From Paramecium tetraurelia (taxonomy: Eukaryota): a DNA stretch of 64,000 nucleotides. Position 1 is the first letter of the stretch, and each line of letters opens with the position of its first letter. The notes beneath the pieces are model-generated. The model ran no database searches, had not been told where the DNA came from, and saw only the letters and a program-made list of their open reading frames with translations. The position numbers were made by a program, and so were the translations under genes. Below are positions 1 through 14,000 of the stretch, piece by piece. The stretch is from NCBI GenBank assembly GCA_000165425.1, contig CT868056.1, positions 124,001 to 188,000 of the forward strand, in the 5' to 3' direction.

Positions 1-173
1 TTGAAATGTATTGTATAATACATAGTGAATCCTGCAGTAATTATATTGAATGGGACAAGTAAATACAAACGATAATTAGGTAAGTATTACTCTTTATATC
101 TTTATTCAAGTATCTTTAACTATTCTTCTGTTAAATTGTCAATATTATCCATTCTTATCTCATCGTCTTCCAT
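1..173 (-). CDS. 5' part of a hypothetical membrane protein (runs off window start)
   Basis: ATG at 173; code-6 reading MEDDEIRMDNIDNLTEEQLKILEQRYKEQYLPNYRLYLLVPFNIITAGFTMYYTIHF with a hydrophobic segment and no TGA. Confidence 0.6.
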
Positions 174-334
174 CACAAATAATTTTATAAATAATAGTAT
201 TATTCAAGAAAAAAAATGAACGAAATCTCATTCCCCCCAAATTATCAATTTATTAATCTAAACCTCTCTGGAATTCCAATGAATTAAGAGAACGATTAGA
301 AAGCACAATATATAATGAAAAAAGCTTAAATATA

Positions 335-1309
335 TCATTCATCTAGCCATCTTATCTTCTTTCCATCTTCCCATTCTCCTTCTCTTTCAATGCCATTACT
401 TCCTCTATACACTCCTTTACCATGTTATTATCCATCCTTCCAAAATCCTTTGTACATTCTGCCATCTGGCCAAAAGAACTCACCGAAACCATGCTTCTTA
501 TCATCGAAATATTATCCTTTATATTTTCTACCATCCTTCCAAGTGAAAATACCATTTCCATCCATTTTATTGTCTTTCCAATCTCCAGTATACTCCCTAA
601 AATCTGCCCATTTATAAACTCCTTTTCCATGAATATTATTGAGAGCAAACTCTCCAGTGTAAGTACTACCATCGCTCCAAGTAAATGTACCAATTCCATG
701 TTTTAAACCCATATCATAGTCACCTTCATACATGGCTCCATCAGCCCATTTTTCTAATCCAAAACCATGTTATTTATCTTCAAACCACTCTCCTACATAG
801 GATGCTCCATCTTTATGAAAGTAGGTTCCTTTGCCATGAGCCTTGTCATTGAGCCATTCTCCAATGTAGACATCTCCGTCAGCATGAATCAACCTTCCTT
901 TTCCGTTAGCCATATCCTTAGCAAAGTAACCTTCATAAACAGAACCATCAGCCCAATGCTATTTGCCTCTGCCTTATCTCATCCCGTTCTTCCACTGTCC
1001 TTCGTAGTACACATTAGTTTCAATTTCCAACACTCCAGAATAAGGGAGGGCGAATATATCCTCAGTTGGGTCGTCGTATTAATAGGGACCAACCCTATTT
1101 AATGCTTCTAGAGTGAATGAATTACATATAGCAAGCATAGAAGTTAGTGTTTTGAGATCGGATCTAATGTGTTGAACTAATTGAGAGGATTGTTATGATT
1201 TTGGTTTGACATTCGAGTTTTCTTAATTGTCAGGTACCTTCCTTGCTGGTTTGAGTTCATTGCGAGATTCATATTGATTTGGATCATCACAGGTTGCGCA
1301 ATTGCCCAT
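335..1309 (-). CDS. MORN-repeat protein with N-terminal MGNC acylation motif (324 aa, intronless)
   Basis: Repeated [26 protein letters not shown] / [26 protein letters not shown] motifs; 975 nt open under code 6; TGA at 335-337. Confidence 0.92.
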
Positions 1310-1331
1310 TTTGACTGTTATAATTTATATT

Positions 1332-2917
1332 ATGTTATCAAATCGATCAAATAAGGATACCAAAGAAGTGAAACGTATTAGTTTGATTCCAAGTCGACAA
1401 GAGCAATAACAGGAATAGGAATACAAGTACATTCAACCTGTAAAATCTGTGAATGTGGAGAATCAGGATCCAAAATGGTCAGAACTGAAAGTAGATGGCA
1501 AGAATATCAACCACAGAGCTTACACCAGCATAACAATTCACAATGATTTGTATAATTTTGAGTGTTATCCTAGTCTGTACTTGTATGGGGGATACCAAGT
1601 TCAATTAGGAATCATGGATGAATTCTATCGTATGAATCTAAAGAGTTAAAGTTACCAATGGGAAAAGCTGACTTACAAGGAAAACCCAGGACCAAGAACT
1701 CGCCATCAGATGTGTACATACATGGATAGAATCTACATTTTTGGCGGATAGATTCACCAATCTGTCTCCACCAATTCCATGTGGTACTTTGATCTCAACT
1801 CCCACACTTGGGTCAAGTGCAAAATTAATCAATCATACCCTCCAGAAATAGACAATCACACAGCCATCATCCACAATGATAATTGGATAGTCTTTGGAGG
1901 CTTCTTCGGAGGAACTGTGGGTTTGCATTCCAACTATGTGTATAAATATGATTTTAGTTCGAACACATGGCAAAGAATGCAACCCTAAAGCAGCCTTGCT
2001 CCTAAACCTAGAGATGGAGCAGGCATAGCTATGCATAAGAACATACTCTACATGTTTGGAGGATCTAATGGTCATTTGAGGTTCAATGATTTATGGAAAT
2101 TCGATTTCTAAGTTTGGACCTACATACCTGTTAGTTCCAAAGATTTACCAAGAATCAGATCAGGCCATGTGATGCTAGTTAATGATGATAAAATTATTAT
2201 CTTTGGTGGAATACATGATATCACCTGGGAATTAGATGACTTAAATGTATTTAATCTTAAGAAAATGGAATGGATTAAAGTTGATGAAGATAGTGCTAGG
2301 AGAAAAGATAAATAATTGTTGTCTCCAACCAAGGATAATAAATAGGATCAACATTCACGAAGGCAATTTAGAAAATCAACTAGAACTGGCAGCATTAGGA
2401 AGACTATTAAAAGAACTACTGTCTCTCCACTCAAAAAACCAGATTAATCTGAAGATAGTTTGGAGTCGCCAACTAGAAATTTATCCTAAGCTTAATCTAA
2501 TTAAAAAACACTTGATGAAAAAAAAAAAAAAGAAATTTAACAAAAAAAAATGGCCTTATTAAAGATATTTGAAGTTGATGAAGGCTAAAAGATACAATTC
2601 AGAGATAATTCACCCACTTCTGAAAAAATGAGAAACTCTCTATTTCTAGTTGGCAATCCAAAGGCTGACTTAAAAATTAAACAGGGGAAATTGACCGAAT
2701 TTGGAAAACCTTTAGTTTCAAAGTAAATTAACATATATATTTAATAAGATTTCTTCAGCCACTCCAATCAATGTAGAATTAGATTGTTGGAAAGAAACCC
2801 TGCGCTAGAGATGGCCATTCATTTACAGTTTATCAATCATAACTCATAATTTTTGGTGGAGACAGACATTAAATGTCCTTTAATGATATTTATTCCTTAG
2901 ATTTAACAAAAATTTGA
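1332..2917 (+). CDS. Kelch-repeat beta-propeller protein
   Basis: LYLYGG, IYIFGG, WIVFGG, LYMFGG, IIIFGG, LIIFGG repeats with RSGH/RDGH motifs; introns 1550-1573 and 2723-2748; TGA 2915-2917. Confidence 0.9.
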
Positions 2918-3499
2918 TAATATTAAATTAAACAATTATTTATTACTCTTAATTTGAGAATGACATATTTAATTTAGTCCCCAATCTTTATTAATGTATT
3001 GATAATTTTTTTACTCTTTAAAATTAATATAAAAATTTCTATGCTCAAAATCATGCCGATTTTTAAAGTTACCTTCAGGAAAATAATGTTACCATGAACT
3101 GCTGATAAATAATATTATTTCTATCTATTCGATTACTCAAATTGAAAGCAAATAAATATCAATAGATAGTTGCAACTTTATAAAAATAAACTAATAATAA
3201 TTAATGCATAGTTTTTAATTATAAAACAAATTCATTTCTTGTGAGATAGAGTTGCCAGAATATATTTGTAAACGAACTTACAAATATTTTGATTACTTTT
3301 GAACAATTATGGAATTTCTGTTTAATTCTTTGTATTTTATAAAAAATTATACTATATAATTTCAGTTAGATCAACATAAAAAATTTCATAAAAAAGTATT
3401 TTTTCTAGATTTTATTGATTAAGCATTAGAAATAAATTAAACATATCTTTTTCATGATATAAAAGCCACCGTTTTACAGTCTAATTTTTATAAATAAAA

Positions 3500-3851
3500 A
3501 TGAAAAAGATTTTGGCAATTGCATTACTAATCCTTTGTATCACAGCTAAAAAGCATCACAAATAAGAGGAGGGCCAAGAAGAAATAACTCCCATGGTTTA
3601 ATGCCTTTAAGATCATTGTCTTAATGAAGCATTCGGATGTGTCTTCAATGAGGAATGTAGCAAGACCATGGAGAGTTGTGATAAGGAATATGGAGAGGGT
3701 ATCAAATTAGAATAGGTACTTTTTATTTGAATTATTTTAGTTTGTTTCATGTACCGCAAATGATGAAGCCGCTTCTGCATTGGCTGCCTGCATGTAAAAC
3801 AACTGTGCCAGTTTTGAATAAATGATGAGATTCTTCAACAAAAGAAAGTGA
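3500..3851 (+). CDS. Small secreted cysteine-rich protein (108 aa)
   Basis: Signal peptide MKKILAIALLILCITA; 8 Cys in the mature part; 25-nt intron 3716-3740; TGA 3849-3851. Confidence 0.85.
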
Positions 3852-4919
3852 TTTTGATGATTTTATAATAACCATATTCAAATATAGTCATCATTCATTG
3901 CCAAAAAAATTTTTTTTCATTTGAGACTTAACACAAACAAGTGTTAAAAATCTGTTAATATTTATATATCATTATGATGCATTCTTCAAACTATGATAAT
4001 ATTGTTCTAAAGTTTATGGAGCAATTACCTATCAACAAAAAATTTAGTAAAATATTGGTGAGGAACGAACTGCAGAACAATTGCTTAAATATATATTAGA
4101 TTTTATTAATACATCCTTTCATTATTAAGTTTTATTTGAAATTTAAAATAACTTAAAGTCATTATTAATATAGTATTAGTATTGATTAAGATAGTGAATA
4201 TTAACTTAATTCAATTTCATGTATAATATCTTATAATAACAACATTTGCCAATTTAAAAAACTTGTACTATTATAGATGAAGAATAAAATTCGAAAAAAT
4301 TTAGTTAGTACTCAAAAACAAATAAATAAATAAAAAGTAAACCTAAGTACATATACTCAACAATCGTCTAATTGTTCCCAATTCTTCTAGTTTATAAAGA
4401 CACAAGTGATATTTATTAACTATTAATCACTATCAGATTTCAATAAGGGTTGAATGCAAAGTTGGTTGAAGATGATTGAAATAAGAAATTTGTAGGCTGG
4501 TCATCAAGTTAAAGATATTGAGATGTATAGGATTTACTAGGTTCAATGAGAAAGTTTGATTTTTATGATGTACTTATTTATAAATATTATAATATAAAAT
4601 ATGTCCAGATATGTAAATCCAGGAAGTTTTTAATTATTACTTTTTTTCAACTAGAGCAGCAACAATTGTTTAGATTACTTAAGTTTTACTAGTTAATTGT
4701 ATGAATAAGCTTTAATAATTGATCATTCGGATTATAATATTTTACAAAGTTAAATCATATTATTCAATTAAACAATATAAACTTCAGAATAATATGTCAT
4801 GTTCAAACAAACTTCATTCTTTAATTTCACAGATTGTTTTTCAGGAATAATAATGTATTTGATTATTATTAGAGAGTCATCTCTACATAGATTTATAAAA
4901 AATAAATGAAATATTTAAG

Positions 4920-6919
4920 TCATCCTATAAAAAATGTACTAGAAGTGCTTTTTGTATTTTTTGAGAGATTTTTTTCATAACTATATCCATTAAATAGATT
5001 CTAAACGGAGTTTTTCTTCAATAAGAGTTTATTTTCTCTGATCAAATCATCTTGGCTTTCGTTATCCTCACTAATTTAATTTAAATATTCAATATTGTCA
5101 TCAATTTCCTAAATCTAAATATTGTTTATACACTTGGGATATATGGAGATTAGATTTCTTTATTCAAGAGTTTTTACCAAGGAAAATTTCTAAGCCAAGG
5201 ATGATTTTTGACTTCATCTGGCCCTTTAAAACCAAGTCTATTTATTGGTTTTCTTTATATTAATTTGTTTATAAAATCAGCACCTTCAAATGACCAATCA
5301 TTTGGAACCTCAGACTTTTTGATCTAGACCTATCTAGTGAGGACTTGGTCTCGAATTTCCTATCTCGACCTTCCATTATAAGGTCTCCTTCCTAACATAA
5401 ATTCATAACCCATGACCCCAAGAGCAAAGTAATCCACAGCTATTGTATGGTTCTATCTGCACATGACCTCAGGAGCTACAAATATTAATGCATAATCATA
5501 CCCATGTATCCTGGAGTGCCACTAGTATCTTGTGAATTCTCAGGTTTCCAGATCCTGGCAATTCCTAGATCTGTTAGTCTGACGTATCCATATTTATCCA
5601 AAACCAAATTTTCTGGTTTAAGATCTCGATGTATAATGTTGTTGTTGTGCAAGTATTCTAATGACAATAGAACACAAGCTACAAAGAACTTGGTTTGGTG
5701 TTCTTTAAACCTTCTCATTTTACCAATGTGATATCTGAGATCTCCTCCAGTTAATAAATCCATCACCAGATATAAGTTGTCTCTATCTTGAAAACAATAA
5801 TTCATGTTAATTAAAAAGGGATGTTTAAATTAGGCCAAGAGATTCCTTTCATTCATTACTGAATTGACACTTCTTTTGGCTATTACTTTTGCTTTTGACA
5901 TTTCCTTCATTGCATACAATTGTCTTGATTTCTTTATTTCAACTTTCCAAACCTTTCCAAACCCGCCCTTACCAATCACATAATGAAATTGAAAATTATT
6001 CTTGTTTACTTGAATATTGCAATCTACCATTAAGCTTTAATCATCGTCATCGCTTGACTCTTGTTTTTCTTGTTGTTTGACTATGCTCTTGGAATTCTCA
6101 TATCTAGAGTTATGTTAATAATTCATCATTGAGTTCAATAGATTCTCAAAGCCTTTAGAGTACTTAAATTAGCTGGGCATTAAGAATTCCTACTTATGAA
6201 CTTAAGGCGCTTCATTTATGTGTAGAGACACTTTTTCAACAGGCTTGTTTTCTTTAACTAGACTGTTGGAGTAGTTGATAAAATTGTCTGGGGGTTGAAT
6301 TTGATGAGCGCTGGAAAATTTTGGATAGACAAATGGCGATATGATTTTTGTTGAAGTATTTGGTGATCGAGAATTCTTACGAGCTGTGTTTCTGTTGATG
6401 ATGTCTAGGTTCTCGAAAATGGCTGGTTTGATAGGGGAGTGATCTTTGGATCTATTCTGTGATTGTATTTAAGAATCTTATTGATGATGTTATGACATTA
6501 ATTTGGATAATGCGAACATAGAACCACGAGAACTTGCATTTAAATAAATAAGTGTACTTCTCTTTATGAAATGAATTGTTTCTACTGCTATTAATGTTTG
6601 TTGCACTCTAATTCCTTAGATGCTTGGATTGAATTTGTAGGTGCGATTCATTTTATTTTTGCATATTCAATTAAATGATTTTAATTTTATTTGGGGTTGC
6701 ACTTCTCTGAGAGGAAGGTGCTTATCTGTTTTTGGTGGTATTTTAAGCTATTTGGAAGAAACTTGCAAATTAACTTAATCCTAATGGAGATTTGTTGATT
6801 TGTTTGGGACGATCATTTTAGAATTCCTTATTGTAATTAGGATCATGTCTTACAGGTTTGGGTTTAATAAAATTCAGTTTGGTTGGAAATAAGTCCTTGA
6901 GATTTCGGTGGTTAGACAT
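4920..6919 (-). CDS. AGC-group Ser/Thr protein kinase with long low-complexity N-terminus
   Basis: IGKGGFGKVW, YAMKEMSK, IIHRDLKPEN, LTDLGIA, SGTPGYM/APE, DYFALG motifs; intron ~5476-5501; TGA 4920-4922. Confidence 0.92.
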
Positions 6920-7070
6920 TATTAATATTATATTAATATAAATTATTAAAGTTTGTAAGTTCAGTGGTGATAATTTTGCTGGAATCAAAAAGCTGTGGAA
7001 TATGATAATTGAGTAGTAGAGAGTTGTGTGAAATAAATGATAATAAAATTATATATATATTTAAGCTGAA

Positions 7071-7880
7071 TCAATCTAATGTTTAATTGTAATTGTACCA
7101 CCAAGAAATCTATTGTTTAGGGGAGGTTCCTCTAGTTCCTCAACGATCGGTTAATGAACAACATGCTATTGTTTAATTTACTTAAAGGCTGTGAAATCGA
7201 TGGTTCTCTTCTCATGTCGATGTGTACTGATTTCCTCAGGTTACCTAGGTATTTCTCCCAGATGTAATCGATTAATTGGTGTCGCCCCTTTTGCAGAATG
7301 AATTTCAATCATTTGACATGGCTTGTTTTCAATCATTATCTGAAGGTTCTTCTTCTTCATGGTTGGATTTGGGACTATTTTGTCAAAAACGCATTTCTTG
7401 ATGCAAAAGACTTCTCCGATGGTTGAATTACAGAAGACATCGTAGGTGTAATTGTCATTGTGAATTTCATCCATTCCGATCACGTCCATCACCTTGAAGG
7501 TCTAGGAGGGTAATTATTGTAGATAATCTTACGCGAAGCTATTTCTATATTTGAGGTTCCTGTGCAAATATCTTACTTATGTAAGATAATGGATTCTTGG
7601 ATTGCTACTTCACTAATATTGGTTTGCTTGAATAGACATACCATATTTGACTTATACGAATTCACCCTTTGTTACAACGTATACGTGTTTGGGGACTTCA
7701 TTGGAAACGAAGATCTTAGAGTTCAAACAATACTATCTAAATTATTATGCTTCTTATGGCCATTTTTTTAATGCCTAAGATACTGCCATCAAATCAGTTT
7801 TGGACTTATCTTGTTTGTTGATAAATTTCAAACATTCCTGCATTCGTTAATTATGCTTTTACCTGTTGAATTTGTTCCAT
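7071..7880 (-). CDS. Protein with degenerate cyclic-nucleotide-binding (CNB)-like domain
   Basis: IFVSNEVPKHVYVVTKGEF ... DVIGMDEIHNDNYTYDVFCNSTIGEVFCIKK resembles the CNB beta-roll; short introns near both ends. Confidence 0.55.
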
Positions 7881-7957
7881 TTTTTAATTTATTATGAATA
7901 GTTATTTAATAAGTAAGTACTCTCAATCATCTCATTATCATTATAAAAAAGGAATAA

Positions 7958-9188
7958 ATGACATTTTGGAAGGAAAAAGATGTTAATTGCTAATCAAACT
8001 AAAAGATCTATAATGTTATGACACACCCCAAGAACACTTAACCAAATATTATCACATTAATCAGTTAAGAGATAAATTACATATGTTGGGAGAATACTAC
8101 AAAGTATGAAATACAATTAATCAATCAGTATCATAATGACATACCACGTTTATTTATGATTCCTGCCATCATCCCCTTAAACTATTTTCATGATCGCAAA
8201 AGAAGACTTGCATTTTTTAGAATTGCACGCTTGATTGCACAAGAAAATCATAACAACCCTGACAAACCACAAAAAGGAATCGTAGGTGATTCACCCATCC
8301 CCTTGACAAGCGAACAAATCACACCACAAGATCCTAGCTCTTCAGATGAAGTATATATATTCAACCAAATTGCATTAGATCCTCTCTAAAAATGATAAAA
8401 TCCTATAAGGAATCAGTTTCTTAATTTAAGAACCCGATTCAATAGAAAAAATAAAACAATAAATTTAGTCGATGATCAAATTAAAGAAATAGCCAAATAC
8501 TTCCTCCACCAAAATCAATAGTATTGGAAGTAACACCACCACCAGTAAATCTAATAAGTAATCCATTCTAAAATAAACCAAATAAACATAACCACAAAAA
8601 AGTAATTCTCCCTCACTCAAAATCCAATCCGCTTCCATTCAACTCATTGATGTCGCCTCACCCAGAGACTAAAAACCATCCAAACACATTTCCCCCAATA
8701 ATTTACAATAATTCACCAAAAGCAAACCAAAATCACCCTCAGTCAATATGGCCTCCCCAGTCCAACAATTCATTAAACTATCAGCCAAAATGAAGCAATC
8801 ATTCAATAAACAATAATGTAGCAGTGCCAGAAACAATACCAACATCCCAAATAGTGCTAATTAAAGAAAGAGCAGTGTTACTCATATTCTAAACATTCTC
8901 AAGTCACCAAACAAAAACAGCTCTCATTAGATCCAACACATTTCATACACTCCAAGAGATTAGGAATCCAAAAGAAGTTTTAACAATAAAAAGGTTCATC
9001 AATTAGAATTGCAAGTGATGTCTGATCTTTAGAGCTTATTGCAAAAAAAGACTTGTCTAACTCATCGTAGTTCAATGACCACTAAAAATTAAATTAAGAA
9101 GAAACTCAATACTAGAGAATTAAATTAATTTAAGTGCGTGAGGTTGCCACTATCCAATAGAGACAATAATAATCAACAAAAAGAATGA
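7958..9188 (+). CDS. Hypothetical S/K/Q-rich protein
   Basis: Long code-6 open frame from ATG 7958 to TGA 9186-9188, intron ~8351-8378; no recognisable domain. Confidence 0.7.
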
Positions 9189-9292
9189 TTTTCTAACTAC
9201 ATAGTTAATATTTTATTATTATTATTTTAAACCATCAAATCACTTTGCATTTAGTAAAATGATATTTATAATAATAATATTTAATATAAAGA

Positions 9293-10749
9293 TCATTTTA
9301 TTAAAAGTTGTTTTCTTATTTAATTCTAATTCTAATTTTAATTCCCTTCTTTCATTGCTTCATTAAACTGTTTTACAAATTGCAGCATTTTGCTTAAAAC
9401 TATTCCAATTACCGAATAACAAAAGGCAAATCCATAAATTATGGTCAACTTTACAGTTGCTATCCATAAAATCGATAATTACAATTTATTTTAGGCAATT
9501 AACTCAAAACACTAATCACCCAAATATTGAAGATATTGATAAACATTTAAATCAACCCGAATGACAACCCCTAAGTTCTAAAGTTTTGTTTCTGTATGCC
9601 AATCAAACTTGCACTTGATATCTAGAATTGTATTGCATATCATTCTTACTTAAACAACTGTGAAAATGTATTGCTGCATAACTAGTGTGACAATGAAGAA
9701 GAACACCCTCAACCATAATAAACTGTTTGTACAGGTCAATTAAAGTGTGCTTAGTAAAAAATACATCAAAGAATCTGTTGTCTTGTCTGTCAAGTATTTC
9801 AGAGCGTTATCCTACTTCTAAATGTTCTTGGCTATGTACCTAGCAAATATTATAGCTACGAAATCTAAGACATTTAAATACAAATGATAATTGGAGCTTC
9901 TTAAATAGTAAAGCCTAAAATTATATATCCATTCTTAGATTCAATGAAAAATAAATCTATCTCGCTTTTAAAGTTATGATACAATGAAGTTACATCATAG
10001 GATTGCCATATCTATATGATACTCATTATTGATCCTGCTGCTATTGCGATTATTGCTCTATCAGTGTTAAGAATCTCCTTTAGAGCCTACAACAAGTTTC
10101 CTTTAGATTGTATGGGAATCAATTACAATTCTGGTATTTTTTAAAAGGCATCAACTTTAAAAGTTGCAAAGGAGCGTTAAAAACAAATTGTGAGACTCAA
10201 CAGAATTACCAAAGGTATTGATGACATCACCAGTGTTGAAATCTCCCCAGTTATTATGGAAATACTATTCAACTTTTCCAATCTATAATATATGATCAGA
10301 GTTATTATGGCACAAAGAAGCCTTCCAGTATATCCATATTAATAAAATAAAGCCAACTGTCTAGGAATTTTATCTTCAGGAAAATGCTTTGAAATCATAG
10401 TCTGAATTATTATAGTCTGTAATTGTTATGCCAATATCTAAAATCCTATTGCAAAGTACAAATAGTCTTATATCAACTTCCAACAATATCCTAAAAAGTA
10501 TATATAGGAAAATATCGTCAAGAATAAACTTATGAAGAAGATATTTAAAGTGTATTAGACATGATCTATGATAAAGCCTCCTAGAGCAGGACAGATAATT
10601 TTTAAAATAGTCATAATGACAAAAAAGAACAATTGGTTAATACCTGAAAACAAGCTTAAATTATAGTATTGATAAGCAATAAAAGTGTTTACAAAGTCTG
10701 AGAAATAGAGCATGTTGAAAAGCAATCTCATTCGTATTTCAGATATCAT
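9293..10749 (-). CDS. MFS-like multi-pass membrane transporter
   Basis: Many hydrophobic helices; MFS motif-A-like ALGGFIIDHV; paralog of 27153-28627. Confidence 0.75.
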
Positions 10750-10788
10750 TTGCTATAAATTTCTGTATAAATATTCTTAATATTAAAT

Positions 10789-11004
10789 ATGATTATGTTG
10801 AATAAAAAATAGAATTAATGCTTATGCAAAAGAACTCATTCCTCATATTTATCATAACGCAATCTTCCTTCTAGCTCCAATCTCCAATCCAAGTCTCTCC
10901 TCAATGTTGCATAACCTTAAATAATTGCAATCAAACATATTAGCAAATCTAAATAAAGTCAACTCTCATTTTAGCTAAGTTTAACTTTAGATAGTAATTA
11001 ATGA
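10789..11004 (+). CDS. Possible small basic hypothetical protein (71 aa)
   Basis: ATG-to-TGA code-6 ORF filling the gap between two genes; no domain recognised. Confidence 0.3.
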
Positions 11005-11027
11005 ATAACAAAATTTAATATAAATAA

Positions 11028-14000
11028 TCAAAGTTCAAATTCATTCCCATAATCATAGTTTATGGGTTTAACCGTTCTTAGTTTTTTCCAATAAATATAT
11101 ATTGCTATTATTAAACAAAAGCCTACAATCGATATTAATCCATAAACCCAATTATTTGGATTTCGTTAATATATAAAAGTCAACTCTGTGTAATTTTGCC
11201 CAAATGCATTCTCTGCGAATAACTAGTATTTAAACTTCTCTGACTTAGCGAATATGCTGAGATTAAATTTACAAGTGATTGACATAGGAGTGATATTATA
11301 TAGAGTTCCATTATTGTAACCGGATTAATATAATAAACCATTTTACTTTTTGATATCATATACTACAGCTACCATTTATTGACTGTTTTATGGAGCTAAA
11401 CCACCAATCATGAGTAATGGTTGGCTTAGATCAGTAACTTTAATTTTAATCAAGTCAAATAATGTATAATAATATACGTCATTTTCACCTTTGTAAGTAT
11501 TGATCAATAGGCCATCAGCCAATTGAGAATTTATTAAGGTAGAGTTACCATAAGGAGGAATGGTTCCAATAATTTATTATGCCTGATATTGAAATTTTGG
11601 CGAATCATACGCCAAAGATAGGATTAGAGTACAAAAATCAGCGGTAGTCAACAATACTATAATTTCTGAATAGTAATTTTTCACAACCAAAAATTGAAAG
11701 GGCTTGAATTGTTACTCTATTTGGATCTTCTTTTCTAACTTAATTTCTTATTCCTTTGTTATTATTTACAAATCTTAAGTTATTTGATTATATTTCAGTA
11801 TCTTGTAGTACAATGAGTAGGAACATACATAAAAGACAGAAATTAAAGAAATCCTTTGAGAAGCTTAGGTTGTGTTTCTAAAGTTAGTAACACTAAAATA
11901 AGTGCAATTCTTACAATCTGTTAGTTTTAATAAAGAATTTGTCGGAGGAATAAAGATAAACACATCACATTGATTATTCATTTCTCCTAAAATAAAGTAA
12001 ATTTCAAATAAAACTATAAACTGTAGTGGTTGGGGACTTGGAGTCTATTACAAAACATATGTTGGCAATTCCTATATGTCGAGGCCATTTATAATAAATG
12101 AAATTATAACTAACTATTCAAGTTGATTTAAACAAATTGAATATAAAGTTGTATAAGATGTAAAGGATTGCAAGCATTTTATAATAAAATTATATGTATA
12201 TTTCTAAGGTGATTATCCTAATACTACTATATTGTTTTAGTTCTGTAACACAAATTGTCCATTAACAGCAGTAAGAATATTGTACTTTTAATTATAACTA
12301 TATAGGTCTAATTAAGTCAATAAATTATTCAAAATGCATTGACTATGCTCATAAGAGGAATCCACAATGTTAAACGATACTACCTGTGAATTGTTGGTTA
12401 TATTTTCCTACCTCAAAATAACAACTTCATCCTTTTATATATATTGATCAAATTCATTTAGTGTGATATTAGCAAAGGAGTTAATCAACCTGAGAGTATA
12501 ATTTTGAGTCAATTAATAGGTATCTTTATTTAATCCTGATGTAATGTTAAACTAATAAGAAACAACCTTTTCATAAGTTGGGTGATAAAGCGAAAGATTA
12601 GGAGTAAATTTCATCACCATTATGGGGTACAAATTATAAAAATTACCATTATATAATAATTGCGAAAATTCTTCGACATAAGTGCAAGCCAAATAACTTT
12701 AATTATAATGGAAAGTGTAATAGAGAGACATATGTTAGGGCAAGTTTGGGTTATAGACTAGCAAAGTATCTGATTTTAATTTTACAAAAAAAAATTAGTT
12801 ATCAGAGGCTGACATCTCGTATTCATCATATGAAGTGCATATCAAATTCTTTTCTAAGATGATGCTTTTCATATCCACCATGACCCAAACTTAAAAACAC
12901 ATAGTTAATAAATTATCTTATTTGTATATAAGTATTATTTTGTTCTTTGTTACTTTAATATCGTAAACAATAAAGTCTAGATCCTACACCAATAATGGAA
13001 TTAAAATAGCATTATTTGTAATTGAGCATATTAGTATCTATTGTTCATTACCGATTACTAGTATGGAGGATTAATCAAATTAATTTAAGGCCATTGCAGT
13101 TGGTTTAAATTTTGATACAAATGGAAAAAATTGCTTTATATTATCTGAATGCAATTCAAAATTAATAATATTGCTCAAAGTTACAACAAGTATTTCGTCT
13201 CTCTTTGTTAATACAATAATGCAATTGTAATTCTACAAAATAGATTGAAATGGTGGAACAGTTACTTCAATATAACTAGCAGATGAGATTGGTAAGTTAT
13301 ATGTAAAAAGCAATATTTATTTTGAAGCAATTGAAACGCTCACAAAAATAGCACCTTCTAAATTGTATGCCATTTAAATTTATTAAATGTCCGATTAATT
13401 CAAATCCTATTGATATACTTAGTAGACTTGACTTGGAGAGCCATACTAAAAATAAAGGGTTTCATTTTGTATCCCTGCTATAAAAATCTTATATTTATGT
13501 TAATATTAAATTAAATTCATCATAGATGCAAGCTCAAAATTCAGATTAATTGTTGAATTTACTGATTAAAGAATTGCTAGTTCGAAATCTCCCACAAACA
13601 TTTCTGAAAATTAACTGGAAAACTATAATAAGGATCCCGAATAGTTTTCGATTATTTGATTAAAACCTTTGTTTATTACAACATAGTTTATCGATGTATC
13701 ACTTTGAGTTGTCTCATAAATTAGAGAGTCATTTTCACTCAATAATGTATAATTTATTTTAACTTTACATCGAGGATCTATGACATCTAAGATTGTCCTA
13801 TAGAGTGTAAAGCTACCAGAGGTTTAACCTTTGGGGAAATATCCACTTAAATTAGGGATGTCCACCAAATAAGCTATAAAGCGGTAGCCAAACTCAAACA
13901 AGATGCTTTTTGATTAGTCAAAATGGAGGAATCTTGTTAAATCAAATTTTTCATCATTCTCCAAAATAGCTTCTTTTAAGACCTTCTCTGGAACATCTAT

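Noticed and set aside
352..1102. Several overlapping ORFs in the track (352-699, 390-617, 422-706, 767-1102)
   Set aside because: Off-frame or antisense shadows of the MORN gene
4440..4900. Possible extra minus-strand gene or kinase 3' extension
   Set aside because: No consistent ATG-to-TGA frame or domain; the kinase already stops at 4920; at most a decayed remnant
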